A stretch of 64,000 bases of DNA from Octopus bimaculoides (lineage: Eukaryota): positions 6,440,986 through 6,504,985 of the forward strand of contig NC_068990.1 of assembly GCF_001194135.2 (NCBI RefSeq), in the 5' to 3' direction. Below the pieces are notes generated by a model, which saw only the letters and a list, made by a program, of their open reading frames with translations, was not told the DNA's origin and ran no database searches. Position 1 is the first letter of the stretch. Each line of letters starts with the position of its first letter. Positions 13,240-25,259 of the stretch are shown piece by piece. The position numbers and the translations under genes were made by a program.

Positions 13240-13425
13240 CTTTGACCGGAGAAGAGAGATAGTCGTCTGCAAAGGAGTTGGCTGGCATTCATTTACGACT
13301 GAGTAGAACGGAACAACGCGAAATGAAGTGCCTTAAGCAAAGGCATAATGCCTGATCCTGGAATCGAACTCACGACCTTATGGTCAGGAACCTAACACTC
13401 TTAACCACTAGGCTACACATCCTCA
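13240..13425 (-). mobile_element. SINE family D, degenerate
   Basis: Reverse complement reads tagcctagtggttaagag...gagttcgattccagg (A and B boxes). Confidence 0.6.
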
Positions 13426-14887
13426 CAACAATTAACTATTAAATATATTAAATATAGAACTGAATTAACTATTAGTTCTATAGTAAAGTTGATTCGATCG
13501 CCTATATTTTATCTTACACATTTGTGATCATGTAATAATGGGGAAAATCAATATTAAACTAAAATTAAACAAAAGACGAATTCATTATGATGACGACGAA
13601 TGAAAAAGAAAATACTCGCTTTCAGTTCTATTTAAAGCACATAGCTGGAAATTTTTCGGAAAACTCGATTCATTTTAAAGCACCTTTGGAATTTTCAGCT
13701 TACAATGGGATGAAAAATTCCCATGCTTCTCTATGATATACAAATGCATGAACAAGTTTACGAATGTTTGAAGAAAAACCATCAAATACATCTCATTAGA
13801 CCAATTTAAACGAAATTATGTAAAATCACGAATTGTAACAATACTCAATATTGCTACAATTTGGAAAGGGAAAACTTAGGGGAATATTTACAATTTGAAC
13901 TCAGATATTGTACATATACGCAGAGAGAGAGAGAGCAAATATTTCAATGAATAGGCTAAAAAATTGCAATTCCTATAACTGAAATGCGTTAATTTAATTT
14001 TAGAACAACTTTTAATAAAGTACGGCTACATTTTATTTTATCACAAACAACTTACTGAAAAAGAACTCAACTCAGCACAATACATCGATAATAAATATAA
14101 CATCACACATATACAAATTTTAATAAAGAATACACATTTTTATCTTGAGTGGGAACTTATAGAAGAAAGCAATATAGATTCTTTAAAAATATTGAGTAGA
14201 ATGCTTAAAGGATAAGAATTAGTTTTCTTATTTAGACGAGATAAAATGCATTGTATTTTATTAATTTGAGGCAATGGAAGAGTGTAACTGAAGATTTTTT
14301 CGTCAACTGTTGTACGCTGAAGCAATTCATATGATTTTCAAAAGATTTTTTAACTAACCGGACCATTGTACTTGGCAATCACAGAACGATTGCAAATGCA
14401 AATGAATAATCTACTCGTAAAAGAAGTAATGGAGCTGTTCAAACATCTGCTAATCAACAAAATATTCTCGGAAGAAAAAAATCAATAACGGAACACTAGA
14501 ATTTGGCTGCAGAACATTTGATTATCCGAGTCTTTGATAATAAAAGAATGCATGTTATTATAATGATGATTATACAACAATATGCATATATGTGACCAAA
14601 ACCCTCCCCAGCTATCGCCCCTCCTTAACTGAGTAAATCAAACAAGAGTTTTTTTTAAGTAATAATTTCAAGAACAAAAGAGAACTTCATCGATAAACCA
14701 AACCTCGGGATTGAACCAGCAAATTCCAACCTGACGCTCTTTTACATGGGGGTATTTCGGCTATCTGTAATTGTATCTATAATTTATGGGAATATACTTC
14801 CTGCCATTCTGCTAACAAATCCGAACACTTTGGCTCTGTTTTATTTCTTCCTTCTTTTTTTTTTTTTTTTTTTTTTTTTGTCAGTTA

Positions 14888-15470
14888 AAGGCGGCGAACT
14901 GGCAGAATCGCTAGGACGCCGGATAAAATGCTCAGCAGCTTTTGTTCGTGTTTACGTCCTGAGTTCAAATCCCACCAAGGTTGACTTTGTCTTTCATCCT
15001 TTTAGGATGATTTGAGCACTGGGGTCTATATCAACTATTTCAGGTCCTCACCCAAATTTCAGGCCCTGTGCCTATTGGAGAAAGGATTTTTATTAGTCAG
15101 AATCGTTCAAGCATCGGACAGATACCTTGTGGTATTTCCTCCAGCTTTTTACGTTCTGCTTTCAAATCCTGTCGACGTCTGCTTAGCCAACTGCCCTTCA
15201 TGGGGTGTGGGCGGTAAAATTAAAGTACTAAAGTACTAGGATCGATGCTATATAATAAGCTCCCCAGTCACAAGTGTTGGGCTTGTGCCTAAATCAAAAA
15301 CTGTTATCATTAATCAGCTTGCGGACGGGGAATTGCAGAATGGTTAGAGTGTTAGACAGAATGCCTGCATATTTTTTCAGACTCTTCACGTTCTAAGTTA
15401 GAAATTCCACCGAAGTCAACTTTGTCTTTAAATCTCACGGTCGATAAAATAAAGTACTATATACCTTCAA
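14888..15470 (+). mobile_element. Three head-to-tail degenerate SINE family C copies
   Basis: Repeated ggcg..ctggcagaatcg...gagttcaaat..gtcgactttg..tttcatcc units starting near 14888, 15096 and 15323. Confidence 0.75.
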
Positions 15471-15903
15471 AAATTGCTATTCTTGAGCGTAAATTAGAAA
15501 CAATTGTTATTAGTAAATTACTTAAATAATTAACCAGTTTACTAATCGATTACTTGACTAATCACTTGATCAATCTTTCCGTCTTCATTCATTGTCGAGT
15601 TCTCGTTGCTTCAGGTATGTTATGACCGAACTAGATATATTGTGTTTATACTTTTTGAGTTGCGTGTGGATGAATGAGCACCTCACTAAAACACTATAAG
15701 ACCATATGACGGATGAATGATCATAACAGATGCAAAAATTGAAACAAATGTGTAGAGTAGCATGAATATTCAATAAATGTGTATTTTCAACGTTACTGAA
15801 AGATAAAACCTAATATGTATACAAATACTTTGCGCTCTTTTGAAGTGATTTAATATAATTGTACATAAGACATATTTATAACGACATAGATGTATCTTTC
15901 TAG

Positions 15904-16130
15904 GCGAGCTGGTAGAAACGTTAGCACGCCAGGGCGAAATGCTTCGCGGTATTTTGTCTACCGTTACGTTCTGAGTTCAAATTCCGCCGAGGTCGACTTT
16001 GCCTTTCATCCTTTCGGGGTCAATAAATTAAGTACCAGTTACGCACTGGTTCGATCTAATCGACTTAATTCCTTTGTCTGTCCTTGTTTGTCTCCTCTAT
16101 GTTTAGCCCCTTGTGGGCAATAAAGAAATA
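15904..16130 (+). mobile_element. SINE family C (CORE-like), intact young copy
   Basis: tRNA-like head, then gtcgactttgcctttcatcctttcgggg core. 16-bp TSD AGATGTATCTTTCTAG at 15888-15903 and 16131-16146. Confidence 0.9.
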
Positions 16131-16149
16131 AGATGTATCTTTCTAGGAA

Positions 16150-17230
16150 AATATGGGTAACATTTCCTTGTCCTGGGTAGATCTTACTCGAAATCGTTCA
16201 CTCGGAAAGACGTCAGAAACGTAAGCCAGTCCAATGTAGAGGAATCAAAATAAATGACTACTACGTAGTAAGTTTTCTTAATTTACTTAAATGTCCAGTC
16301 CAAAATTTTACAGTCCAAGTTTTATTGTTCCGTGTGAGCTGGGGAATGAGAAAAAATATAGTATGGAGCTTCAAAGAAGCATTTAGAGTTAATATTAGAG
16401 ATATAGTATTTGATCTGTCTTGTCTTGAAGCCGTGGATCTTTTAATTGGTTTTGTTTTACTTGGATTGTTTTGGGTAGACAATCTGTCCTGTCTTGAAGC
16501 CGTGGGTCTTTTAATTGGTTTTGTTTTACTTGGATTGTTTTGAATAGACAATCTGTCCTGTCTTGAAGCCGTGGGTCTTTTAATTAGTTTTGTTTTACTT
16601 GGATTGTTTTGGATAGACAAATCTTTCCAACGTGTAGGATGCATTCTTAAAAATCAACGCTCCGAAACTTCTCATTGAAATGCTTTCGGATCTTACTGGT
16701 TCACCGATTCTTTCTCAACAGCGTGACAACATTCGCAGACTCTTTAGAATGAAGACTGATGACGTCATTCAGATTATGAAAGACTATTTTTAAGATATTT
16801 CCACCTGCAATACTTATTGTGATTTCCAGATCACATGTATGTATGTATGTATGTATGTATGTATGTATGTTCTGCTTCTCTTTTTAATTTAGAATAAACT
16901 TTGACCGGCCACCCACTTGGTGGCAAGGTTGTGAAGCATCTTGTTTTGTTCATCACCCTTTAAATCTTAAGGTCTTGCAGATTTTTTATAGTCCCAGATA
17001 TCGAGATCATTTATCGTGTATGGATTATATTAACCATATCACCCTACTTGTTTGGCAGACGATCGGCTTAATTTTTCAGTGCTGCCACGAATGTAAAAGA
17101 CATTCTCTCTGAAGAGATAATTTTCTCGAATCGTCAGTATTTCCGTCTTTCCACTTGATATGAATATACAAAAACTTGCGATTATTATATGCAAAACGCA
17201 ACAAACGTGAGCTTACTCGATATTTTTAGT
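16150..17230 (-). mobile_element. R4/Dong-like LINE RT region, heavily degenerate
   Basis: Remnants resemble the W.DGRT..I.K region and the RWK..L..(QGD)..S..LF.L.LN region; many stops. Confidence 0.45.
16414..16620. repeat. Tandem repeat, 3 x 69 bp
   Basis: Units start at 16414, 16483 and 16552 and are nearly identical; they give a 23-aa repeat in ORF 16261..16644. Confidence 0.95.
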
Positions 17231-17330
17231 GAATAGATTTTCTGTACTCGACAAAAAAGTACAGGCTGTTCGATTATATTGTGAGTGATTTTACTTCTGG
17301 ATGTTTATCTATCGTGTCTATATTAGTCGT

Positions 17331-17718
17331 GTGGAGGCGCAATGGCCCAGTGGTTAGGGCAACGGATTCGCGGTCATAGGATCGCGGTTTCGATTCCCAG
17401 ACCGAGCGTTGTGAGTGTTTATAGAGCGAAAACGCCTAAAGCTCCACGAGGCACCGGCAGGGGATGGTGGCGAACCCTGCTGTATTCTTTCACCACAATT
17501 TTCTCTCACTCATCCTTCCTGTTTCTGTTGTACCTGTATTTCAAAGGGTCAGCCTTGTCACACTGTGTCACGCTGAATATCCCAAGAACTACGTTAAGGG
17601 TACACGTGTCTGTGGAGTGCTCAGCCACTTGCACGTTAATTTCACGAGCAGGCTGTTCCGTTGATCGGATCAACTGGAACCCTCGACGTCGTAAGCGACG
17701 GAATGCCAACAACAACAA
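17331..17718 (+). mobile_element. SINE family A, copy 2
   Basis: Full body with (CAA)n tail. 13-bp TSD CTATATTAGTCGT at 17318-17330 and 17719-17731. Confidence 0.95.
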
Positions 17719-18317
17719 CTATATTAGTCGTAGAAATCTTTTTCGTATATGCCGCCGTGATAGTAAAAAACACAAAACCAAATTTTCCAAATCGCTGCTT
17801 TTAATATAAAATAAGTTCTATTCCAGAACTACAGACAATCAGTGGATTATTCTCCCCACCAAGTTGTGGACGTGTGTTAATTCTACAAATCCCTATTTTT
17901 TTTTACTAGGTTATTATTATGTTATTGTCACTTGCAAAATTTCTGACTTGGAGCCATATCACATTTTTGGCGTCAATTCGAAAGGCATAAACATCCCATT
18001 TCCCACCACTTTTCTACCACAATTATATTTGACTACATATCTATGCTTAGGGGACGATCCAGCGAACTAGACTATTATTCAAATCCGCTATTTAGATTAA
18101 ACCGTTTCACCTTCGTGTCTATTTCTCTGCAGAACGTCATGAGACTCACAGCTTCCCACTTCTCGCTCGTCACGTTGGTATTGTATCTTATAAGTACATA
18201 GTGACATAAATTACTATACCGATAATATCCAACACTACAAACAACAATATTTTTAGTTCTATTGGTGCAAATCTTCTCCTCGTTTTCCTACTACCTTCTT
18301 GTTGGACCTCCTCCTCT

Positions 18318-18367
<50 letters not shown>

Positions 18368-18399
18368 ATACTACTACTACTACTATGCTAGAGAATCCT

Positions 18400-18760
18400 G
18401 ATAAAGAATGACAGTTACCACAGAATACGACATTGATCCCAGTTGATCTACTCAACTCCGATGTGAATATCTCCTTAACGACTAATGCTATTCTTCAATT
18501 AATCTTGGCCTGAAGATATTTTCTCTTCATTTATTGATCAAATATTTGTTCCATCCCTGTTTCTACCACTGACCAATCAAATTAAAGATATCGATTTGCA
18601 AACAACTTTCTTGTCTTGCTGTAACAGCTGGAAGCCAATATTAATTTCTCGACTTAAAGATTGGTAATAATGGATATTTGTGTCAACGTATAGCGTGTGT
18701 CAAGCAAACTGATAAGGGGTTGGGTGAGACTAGGCAGAGAATTAAAAGAAATCGGTGTTG
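18400..18760 (-). mobile_element. R4/Dong-like RLE-domain 3' fragment, degenerate
   Basis: Reverse strand resembles DKK...C.xIDI...KY and ends next to the (TAC)n array at 18318-18385. Confidence 0.4.
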
Positions 18761-19504
18761 AAAGGGAGCTGGAAGTATATATGTAATAGCATATAGCATT
18801 AAGGAAAATATAGTATTAATTTTGTCAGATCAGTAAATTTATTAGTTATTAAATGTCAAAGAAAAAAGAAAAAAAACCTAAGCTCAACAAATCTATGCTG
18901 TACTTCTAAAAACATATCCTTTCCCTCTTTTTCTTTTCTACATCTCTATTTTCTGTTATTCAATACTAACTTCTCCTCATCAACCCTCAACTCCTACTTA
19001 TGTCAGTCAATTGGTTTTTGACTAAGGCAGTACTATTATCGTTTATCGAACTAATTCCATTCATTCTTAGAAACGTCCACATATCCATTAAAGACTGTCA
19101 ATTCTTCCTTCGAAACCAATAGCCCATTTTAAGTAATATTCTAAGCAGTTCTAAATTTTCTTGCATACATTTAAACAAAAATAAAACGAACAAAGAACAT
19201 ATTGGAGAGGACAAAAAATCTGAGTAGCTTGTAGTACATCAAGCCAGATCTACGTGGTTACACACCCGTATGATATCTCTGCTCACGCGTATATTATATC
19301 TACTCTTCGAAACACCCCCCTCTTTCTATCAGCATGCCTCATTCTTGTTTGAAATCGTATTAATCTTAGGTCAAGGCACTGATTGTGCTTTGCTCTTTTC
19401 ATTTGACACAAACTGTACATGCATGATTTCAAATAAGTGATGAACAGACACAAGCAAGGCTGTGTGCTTCAGAGTCTCTCTTTTTCAACCATATAGTTTC
19501 CGGT

Positions 19505-19894
19505 GTGTGGAGGCGCAATGGCCCAGTGGTTAGGGCAACGCTCTCGCGGTCATAGGATCGCGGTTTCGATTCCCAGACCAGGCGTTGTGAGTGTTTATTG
19601 AGCGAAAACACCTAAAGCTCCACGAGGCTCCAGCAGGGGGTGGTGGCGAACCCTGCTGTACTCTTTCACCACAACTTTCTCTCACTCTTACTTCATGTTT
19701 CTGTGGTGCCTGTAATTCAAAGGGTCAGCCTTGTCACACTGTGTCACGTTGAATCTCCCCGAGAACTACGTTAAGGGTACACGTGTCTGTGGAGTGCTCA
19801 GCCACTTGCACGTTAATTTCACGAGCAGGCTGTTCCGTTGATCGGATCAACTGGAACCCTCGACGTCGTAAGCGATGGAGTGCCAACAAACACA
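19505..19894 (+). mobile_element. SINE family A, copy 3, nested in an old family B SINE
   Basis: Full body. 10-bp TSD AGTTTCCGGT/AGTTTTCGGT. The flanks rejoin into a family B head (caacca..gtt.cggt|ttagtcccact). Confidence 0.93.
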
Positions 19895-20049
19895 AGTTTT
19901 CGGTTTAGTCCCACTTCGCGTACTTTTGGGTAAGAACCTTCTTCTAAAGCATAAGCTGACCAATGCCTTTTGAATGAATTTTGTTGACAGAAACTGTGCG
20001 GAAGTCTGCTATATATAGGATGCAGCCTAGAATATATTTCAATGCATCA

Positions 20050-20530
20050 CTTCAAGGCAAGTGAACAGTATTACAACGAGACTCCGTTTTGTAGAAAATT
20101 GTCTGGCTCCAAGAGGGAAGCCTAATATCTCGTAAGCAATTTGGAAATGTTGATGATAATTGATAAACAGAGACTGCAAGAAGAGTTCAATAGTGTCGAT
20201 ATAGGAGGTGTGCGATAACTAGAAAGAGATGCATATATTGAAATCAGTGAGGATGATGATTTCAGAGAAAAATTAAATGACATTGAAGTCCTCAATTAAG
20301 AAAGAGATAGTTGTTGGAAGGAATTCGGAAATCGTTAGAGGTAGCAGGAACGAGAAAGAAAGAATCTAAGTTGGAGTAACCGGAGGGTTTTGTTGCATTT
20401 AAGTGGATCACACATACATGCAGACATCACCAGTCAAAACGGCGCCGGCGTATAGCGTAATCTGAGAGCAGAGACGGTGGATGAGGAATGTATGTCTCAG
20501 GGAAATAGAGTTGTGTTATTTACAAGTTTT
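20050..20530 (-). mobile_element. LINE apurinic endonuclease fragment (CR1/Jockey-like), degenerate
   Basis: EIIILTDFN (GDFN-like motif) and GDVCMYV remnants. Confidence 0.4.
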
Positions 20531-21036
20531 TGTGATGCAAATTGGCCAGCGAAATGATCATATTCTTTTTTTATTAATTTCATTGTACTCAGTGATGTTG
20601 CATCGATTTAAAATCTTATCTAAATTTACTACGAAGGCAAAACAATATAAACTGTATTGAAAATAACACTAGCAAATTAATATTTAAAAAGATTGTTAAA
20701 GCCGATTCTAACCATGAGATTTGTATCACATTTTATATATTCTGTCTAATATTCACTCTAAATCCTGAACCGTTCTTTGTTTGTAGCATCGCGTTCTTTA
20801 GTGCTGGAGTACTTAATTCAAGTTAAACGTCTTGATATGCATACACTGCTTCCATAACGGTTTTTAAAAATATTTGTTTCTAGTAACTTCCTTTAAAGTA
20901 AATGTTGTTTCTCCCTTTTCATTAACACTTTCTACATTTTTTTTTATATATATTTTTCTTGAAATTTCATTTTATCTTTCTTTTATTCTTTCAATTCTCT
21001 TGGGTCGTTTTGCATATAAAAATCTTCCTTCACGCT

Positions 21037-21086
<50 letters not shown>

Positions 21087-21228
21087 TTCTGTCTGTCTCT
21101 GCTTTCTCTGTCACTCATTCCTATACCTTTCTCACAACTATTTTTCTTTGCTCATTGACTCCTTATTTATCTTTCCTTTTCGTATTTCTTTGTGCTACTT
21201 TCCCCAATCGAGTATTGCTCCCTCTCCA

Positions 21229-21263
<35 letters not shown>

Positions 21264-21977
21264 ATTCTTCTTTCACCCCTCTTCTTTTATATGCCATGCT
21301 ATGTAAATAAACTTCATAATGTTTCCAGTCAATTCATGCAGCAGCTGTCGTACTTTATAGACTTGTGTGTTATATTCTTCATTCAGTAATGTGTGTGTTC
21401 AAGTAAGTTTAACATGCTTTCCAACTAGTGTCCCTTTTTTTTCAATACATGACAAATTTATGTTAGTAGTTATAAATATCTTGGTTCTTTCATTTCTACC
21501 GGATAGAATAATGGAAATAAACATACTAATCCTAAAGCCATTCATATACATTTATAGTGAGTGTTGAAGTAGGAAACTGGTGAAAATCGTTTCGAGTGAC
21601 AACAATTCACAAAATTGGGAGTGATAAATTGCGAGCTGTTAATGGCACTGACAATCAGATTAGCTGTATTGAAGCAGGTGTCAAAATATTTGCAATAATG
21701 TGATGTAAATGAAGATGATCATCAGATAAACAGTCCGGTATTACGTAGTAATGTAGAAAGAAAAAAAAAGAGTAATGCAGTGAAGCTGCAGAATAAACAT
21801 CTGCCGCGCCATAATTGATACATTTACTTCTATAATTCCGTAGAACTAGAAAATAGAAACTATTTCATGCTTCAGTACATGTTCAGACGTGATAAGACGT
21901 AAACAAAGAATGGAACAGAAAGTTAAGAAGCAAAAGAAATTTGGATCGAGCATTCAACTCTTTTCTGTCAATACCAT

Positions 21978-22022
21978 ATCATCATCGTCATCATCATCAT
22001 CATCATCATCACCATTATTATT

Positions 22023-22120
<98 letters not shown>
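21978..22120. repeat. Compound (CAT)n/(TAT)n microsatellite
   Basis: Seen directly. Confidence 0.97.
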
Positions 22121-22222
22121 GTTTTGGCTTTGCTTAAACTTATACAAGCTACACACACAAGTCTCATCATCCAAAAACGTCAAGCGACAACAAGATTTTT
22201 GCACCGAAGATGTTAACAGGTG

Positions 22223-23131
22223 NNNNNNNNNNNNNNNNNNNNNNNNNNNNNNNNNNNNNNNNNNNNNNNNNNNNNNNNNNNNNNNNNNNNNNNNNNNNNN
22301 NNNNNNNNNNNNNNNNNNNNNNNNNNNNNNNNNNNNNNNNNNNNNNNNNNNNNNNNNNNNNNNNNNNNNNNNNNNNNNNNNNNNNNNNNNNNNNNNNNNN
22401 NNNNNNNNNNNNNNNNNNNNNNNNNNNNNNNNNNNNNNNNNNNNNNNNNNNNNNNNNNNNNNNNNNNNNNNNNNNNNNNNNNNNNNNNNNNNNNNNNNNN
22501 NNNNNNNNNNNNNNNNNNNNNNNNNNNNNNNNNNNNNNNNNNNNNNNNNNNNNNNNNNNNNNNNNNNNNNNNNNNNNNNNNNNNNNNNNNNNNNNNNNNN
22601 NNNNNNNNNNNNNNNNNNNNNNNNNNNNNNNNNNNNNNNNNNNNNNNNNNNNNNNNNNNNNNNNNNNNNNNNNNNNNNNNNNNNNNNNNNNNNNNNNNNN
22701 NNNNNNNNNNNNNNNNNNNNNNNNNNNNNNNNNNNNNNNNNNNNNNNNNNNNNNNNNNNNNNNNNNNNNNNNNNNNNNNNNNNNNNNNNNNNNNNNNNNN
22801 NNNNNNNNNNNNNNNNNNNNNNNNNNNNNNNNNNNNNNNNNNNNNNNNNNNNNNNNNNNNNNNNNNNNNNNNNNNNNNNNNNNNNNNNNNNNNNNNNNNN
22901 NNNNNNNNNNNNNNNNNNNNNNNNNNNNNNNNNNNNNNNNNNNNNNNNNNNNNNNNNNNNNNNNNNNNNNNNNNNNNNNNNNNNNNNNNNNNNNNNNNNN
23001 NNNNNNNNNNNNNNNNNNNNNNNNNNNNNNNNNNNNNNNNNNNNNNNNNNNNNNNNNNNNNNNNNNNNNNNNNNNNNNNNNNNNNNNNNNNNNNNNNNNN
23101 NNNNNNNNNNNNNNNNNNNNNNNNNNNNNNN
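22223..23131. other. Assembly gap; other gaps at 4498-4545, 29081-29267, 42544-42752, 44301-45041, 47384-47393, 48206-48450, 51210-51219 and 57026-57852
   Basis: Runs of N, most of them adjacent to microsatellites or repeats. Confidence 1.
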
Positions 23132-23676
23132 AGTACCTATGAAACACTGGGTTCGATGTAATCGGCTGGTCCCCTCCCGCAAAATTTCAGGCCTTGTGCC
23201 TTTAATAGAAAGGATTATTATTATTGGCACCATATGTGGAACTCACGCTTGAAACATTGTTGGTAAGCCTTTGTCTTCTAAATTGTCCCCCCCCCCGCTT
23301 TTCAGCCGTTGAAATTGTAACTTCCTTTGCAGATGCAGCCGTGTTTCAACTGAAAATGTTTTTAAACGTTCTAATCACGGTGCGGGTGTTCACCTGTCCC
23401 GCAATATTTTCCATAGCATGGGCAATACAAGCTTAAATGGAAAAGTGGTTTTAGGGGTTAAATATATTCATTTACCGCCTTAGTCATTGCAGTCCACGAA
23501 CAAATCTTCATGTGAGGCGGTTCCCCTTCAGTGTAGTAAGCAATCTGAAAACAACAAAACGAACAACGACGTCCACAGCAACAACAAATACACGAACATC
23601 AGCATGAGCTGCGACAACAACAGCAACAACAATAATGTAATCATCAGCAGCAATAACGGTATCAATAACGCCGTTA

Positions 23677-24058
23677 GTGGCCCTCCGTCGCTTACGACGA
23701 CGAGGGCTCCAGTTGATTCGATCAACGGAACAACCTGCTCGTGAAATTAACGTGCAAGTAGCTGAGCACTCCACAGACACGTGTACCCTTAACGTAGTTC
23801 TCGGGGATATTCAGCGTGACACAGAGTGTGACAAGGCTGACCCTTTGAATTACAGGTACAACAGAAACAGGAAGTAAGAGTGAGAGAAAGTTGTGGTGAA
23901 AGAGTACAGCAGGGTTCGCCACCATCTCCTGCCGGTGCCTCGTGGAGCTTTAGGTGCTTTCGCTCAATAAACACTCACAACGCCCGGTCTCGGAATCGAA
24001 ACCGCGATCCTATGACCGCGAGCCCGCTGCCCTAACCACTGGGCCATTGCGCCTCCAC
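23677..24058 (-). mobile_element. SINE family A, copy 4 (inverted relative to the other copies)
   Basis: Reverse complement of the full family A body, ending ...gggccattgcgcctccac. Confidence 0.95.
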
Positions 24059-24129
24059 TCATCGTTCATTATTACTGCACGAACAAAGGCAGCAAGCTGC
24101 CAGAGTCATTATCCAGGCAAATTGTTTAT

Positions 24130-24300
24130 CGGCATTTCATTCCTTACGTTCTGGATTGAAATTCTATCGAGGTCAACTTTGCTTTTCATTCTTTCGGGAT
24201 CGATAAAATAAGTACCAGTTGAACATTGAGGACGATGTAATCGACTAACTCCATCCCACAAAATTTCAGGCTTTGTGCTTATAACAGAAAGCATTATTAA
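24130..24300 (+). mobile_element. SINE family C, degenerate (a 3' end of the same family lies at 23132-23225)
   Basis: gaggtcaactttgcttttcattctttcggg...aagtaccagtt. Confidence 0.7.
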
Positions 24301-25259
24301 TGCACGTGCAGGATCAAAAGTTTTAATTTCACGGGTCAAAACTCTGCCCGAATAGTGCCAATTTGCCTTTGATTTTACAATTTCCAATCCGTTTAACGTT
24401 GTCAAAAACAAGGATGAACATTCAAGCAAGTTGTCTTCTTTATTTATGAATCAGTATGTAGCTCTTTCTAGAACATGTTCACTTCTTGACGTAAATGCAA
24501 TAATAACGGACAACTGTCAAAATAGAAGAGGTAACAAGTGTATGACGAAGAGTTTGTTTTCAAAGATGTTATGCCCAAAGGCTGCACCCCTATAAATAGT
24601 TCTCAATAAACTGCAAGCAATCTTATAGTTTATAAAATAACCGTGAAATTTCCATGTGGTGTTTAAATGTATTTTAATGTAATAGAATCCAAATCTAACA
24701 TAAAACTCTTTTGACAACTGAACTATCACGATTAAATCGTTCCTTAAATTTTCAACAAGTTTGCATAATCTGTGGCATATGTACAACTGTTCATAGAAAA
24801 CCAATATAATTAGAAATCATTATAATATATATCTTAGCATTATGAATTGAAACCCCACAGAGGTTCTAATTGGTCCTTACCCCTTCGTTATCTGTAAAGC
24901 AAATACTTGTTAGAGAAAATAACTTCTATTTAGCAAAAGAAATCATTATTATTGTTTATTATTGTGTTCGAAATTTCAATTGTTTTATAATATTTTCTCT
25001 ACCAAGAGTATTTTCTTCAGTCAAGTAAGAATATCTCTTTATTCTGCCTCATTACCCCATTCACTATCACTTCATCAAAAATAGACGGCAACGGCTGTGG
25101 CAGTTGGTTCTTCTACAAGGGCAGCTATAGACATTTGCTGCAGAATTTCGCGTCAATAAATATTGCAGCTAATACTTTGAGTAATTTTTCATCGCGCAGC
25201 TGTTACAAATCTCAGCAAAAGTATCGCGCAATTATCGTTCAATATGTCACCTACATCAT

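Noticed and set aside
16414-16620. Possible CRISPR-like array
   Set aside because: Contiguous tandem units without unique spacers, in a eukaryotic context with no cas genes.
17342-17809. 155-aa ORF and the recurring peptide SVECSATCTLISRAGCSVDRINWNPRRRKR (also at 8602, 23508, 54509 and 62324)
   Set aside because: Translation of SINE-A sequence; the recurrence reflects repeat copies, not a gene family.
21968-23252. Long ORFs of 300-420 aa here and at 42416, 44200, 48087 and 56871
   Set aside because: Artefacts of N-runs and microsatellites.
24300-24810. Possible hAT-like transposase remnant (ORFs 24109 and 24517)
   Set aside because: Similarity is too weak to name a family by eye.
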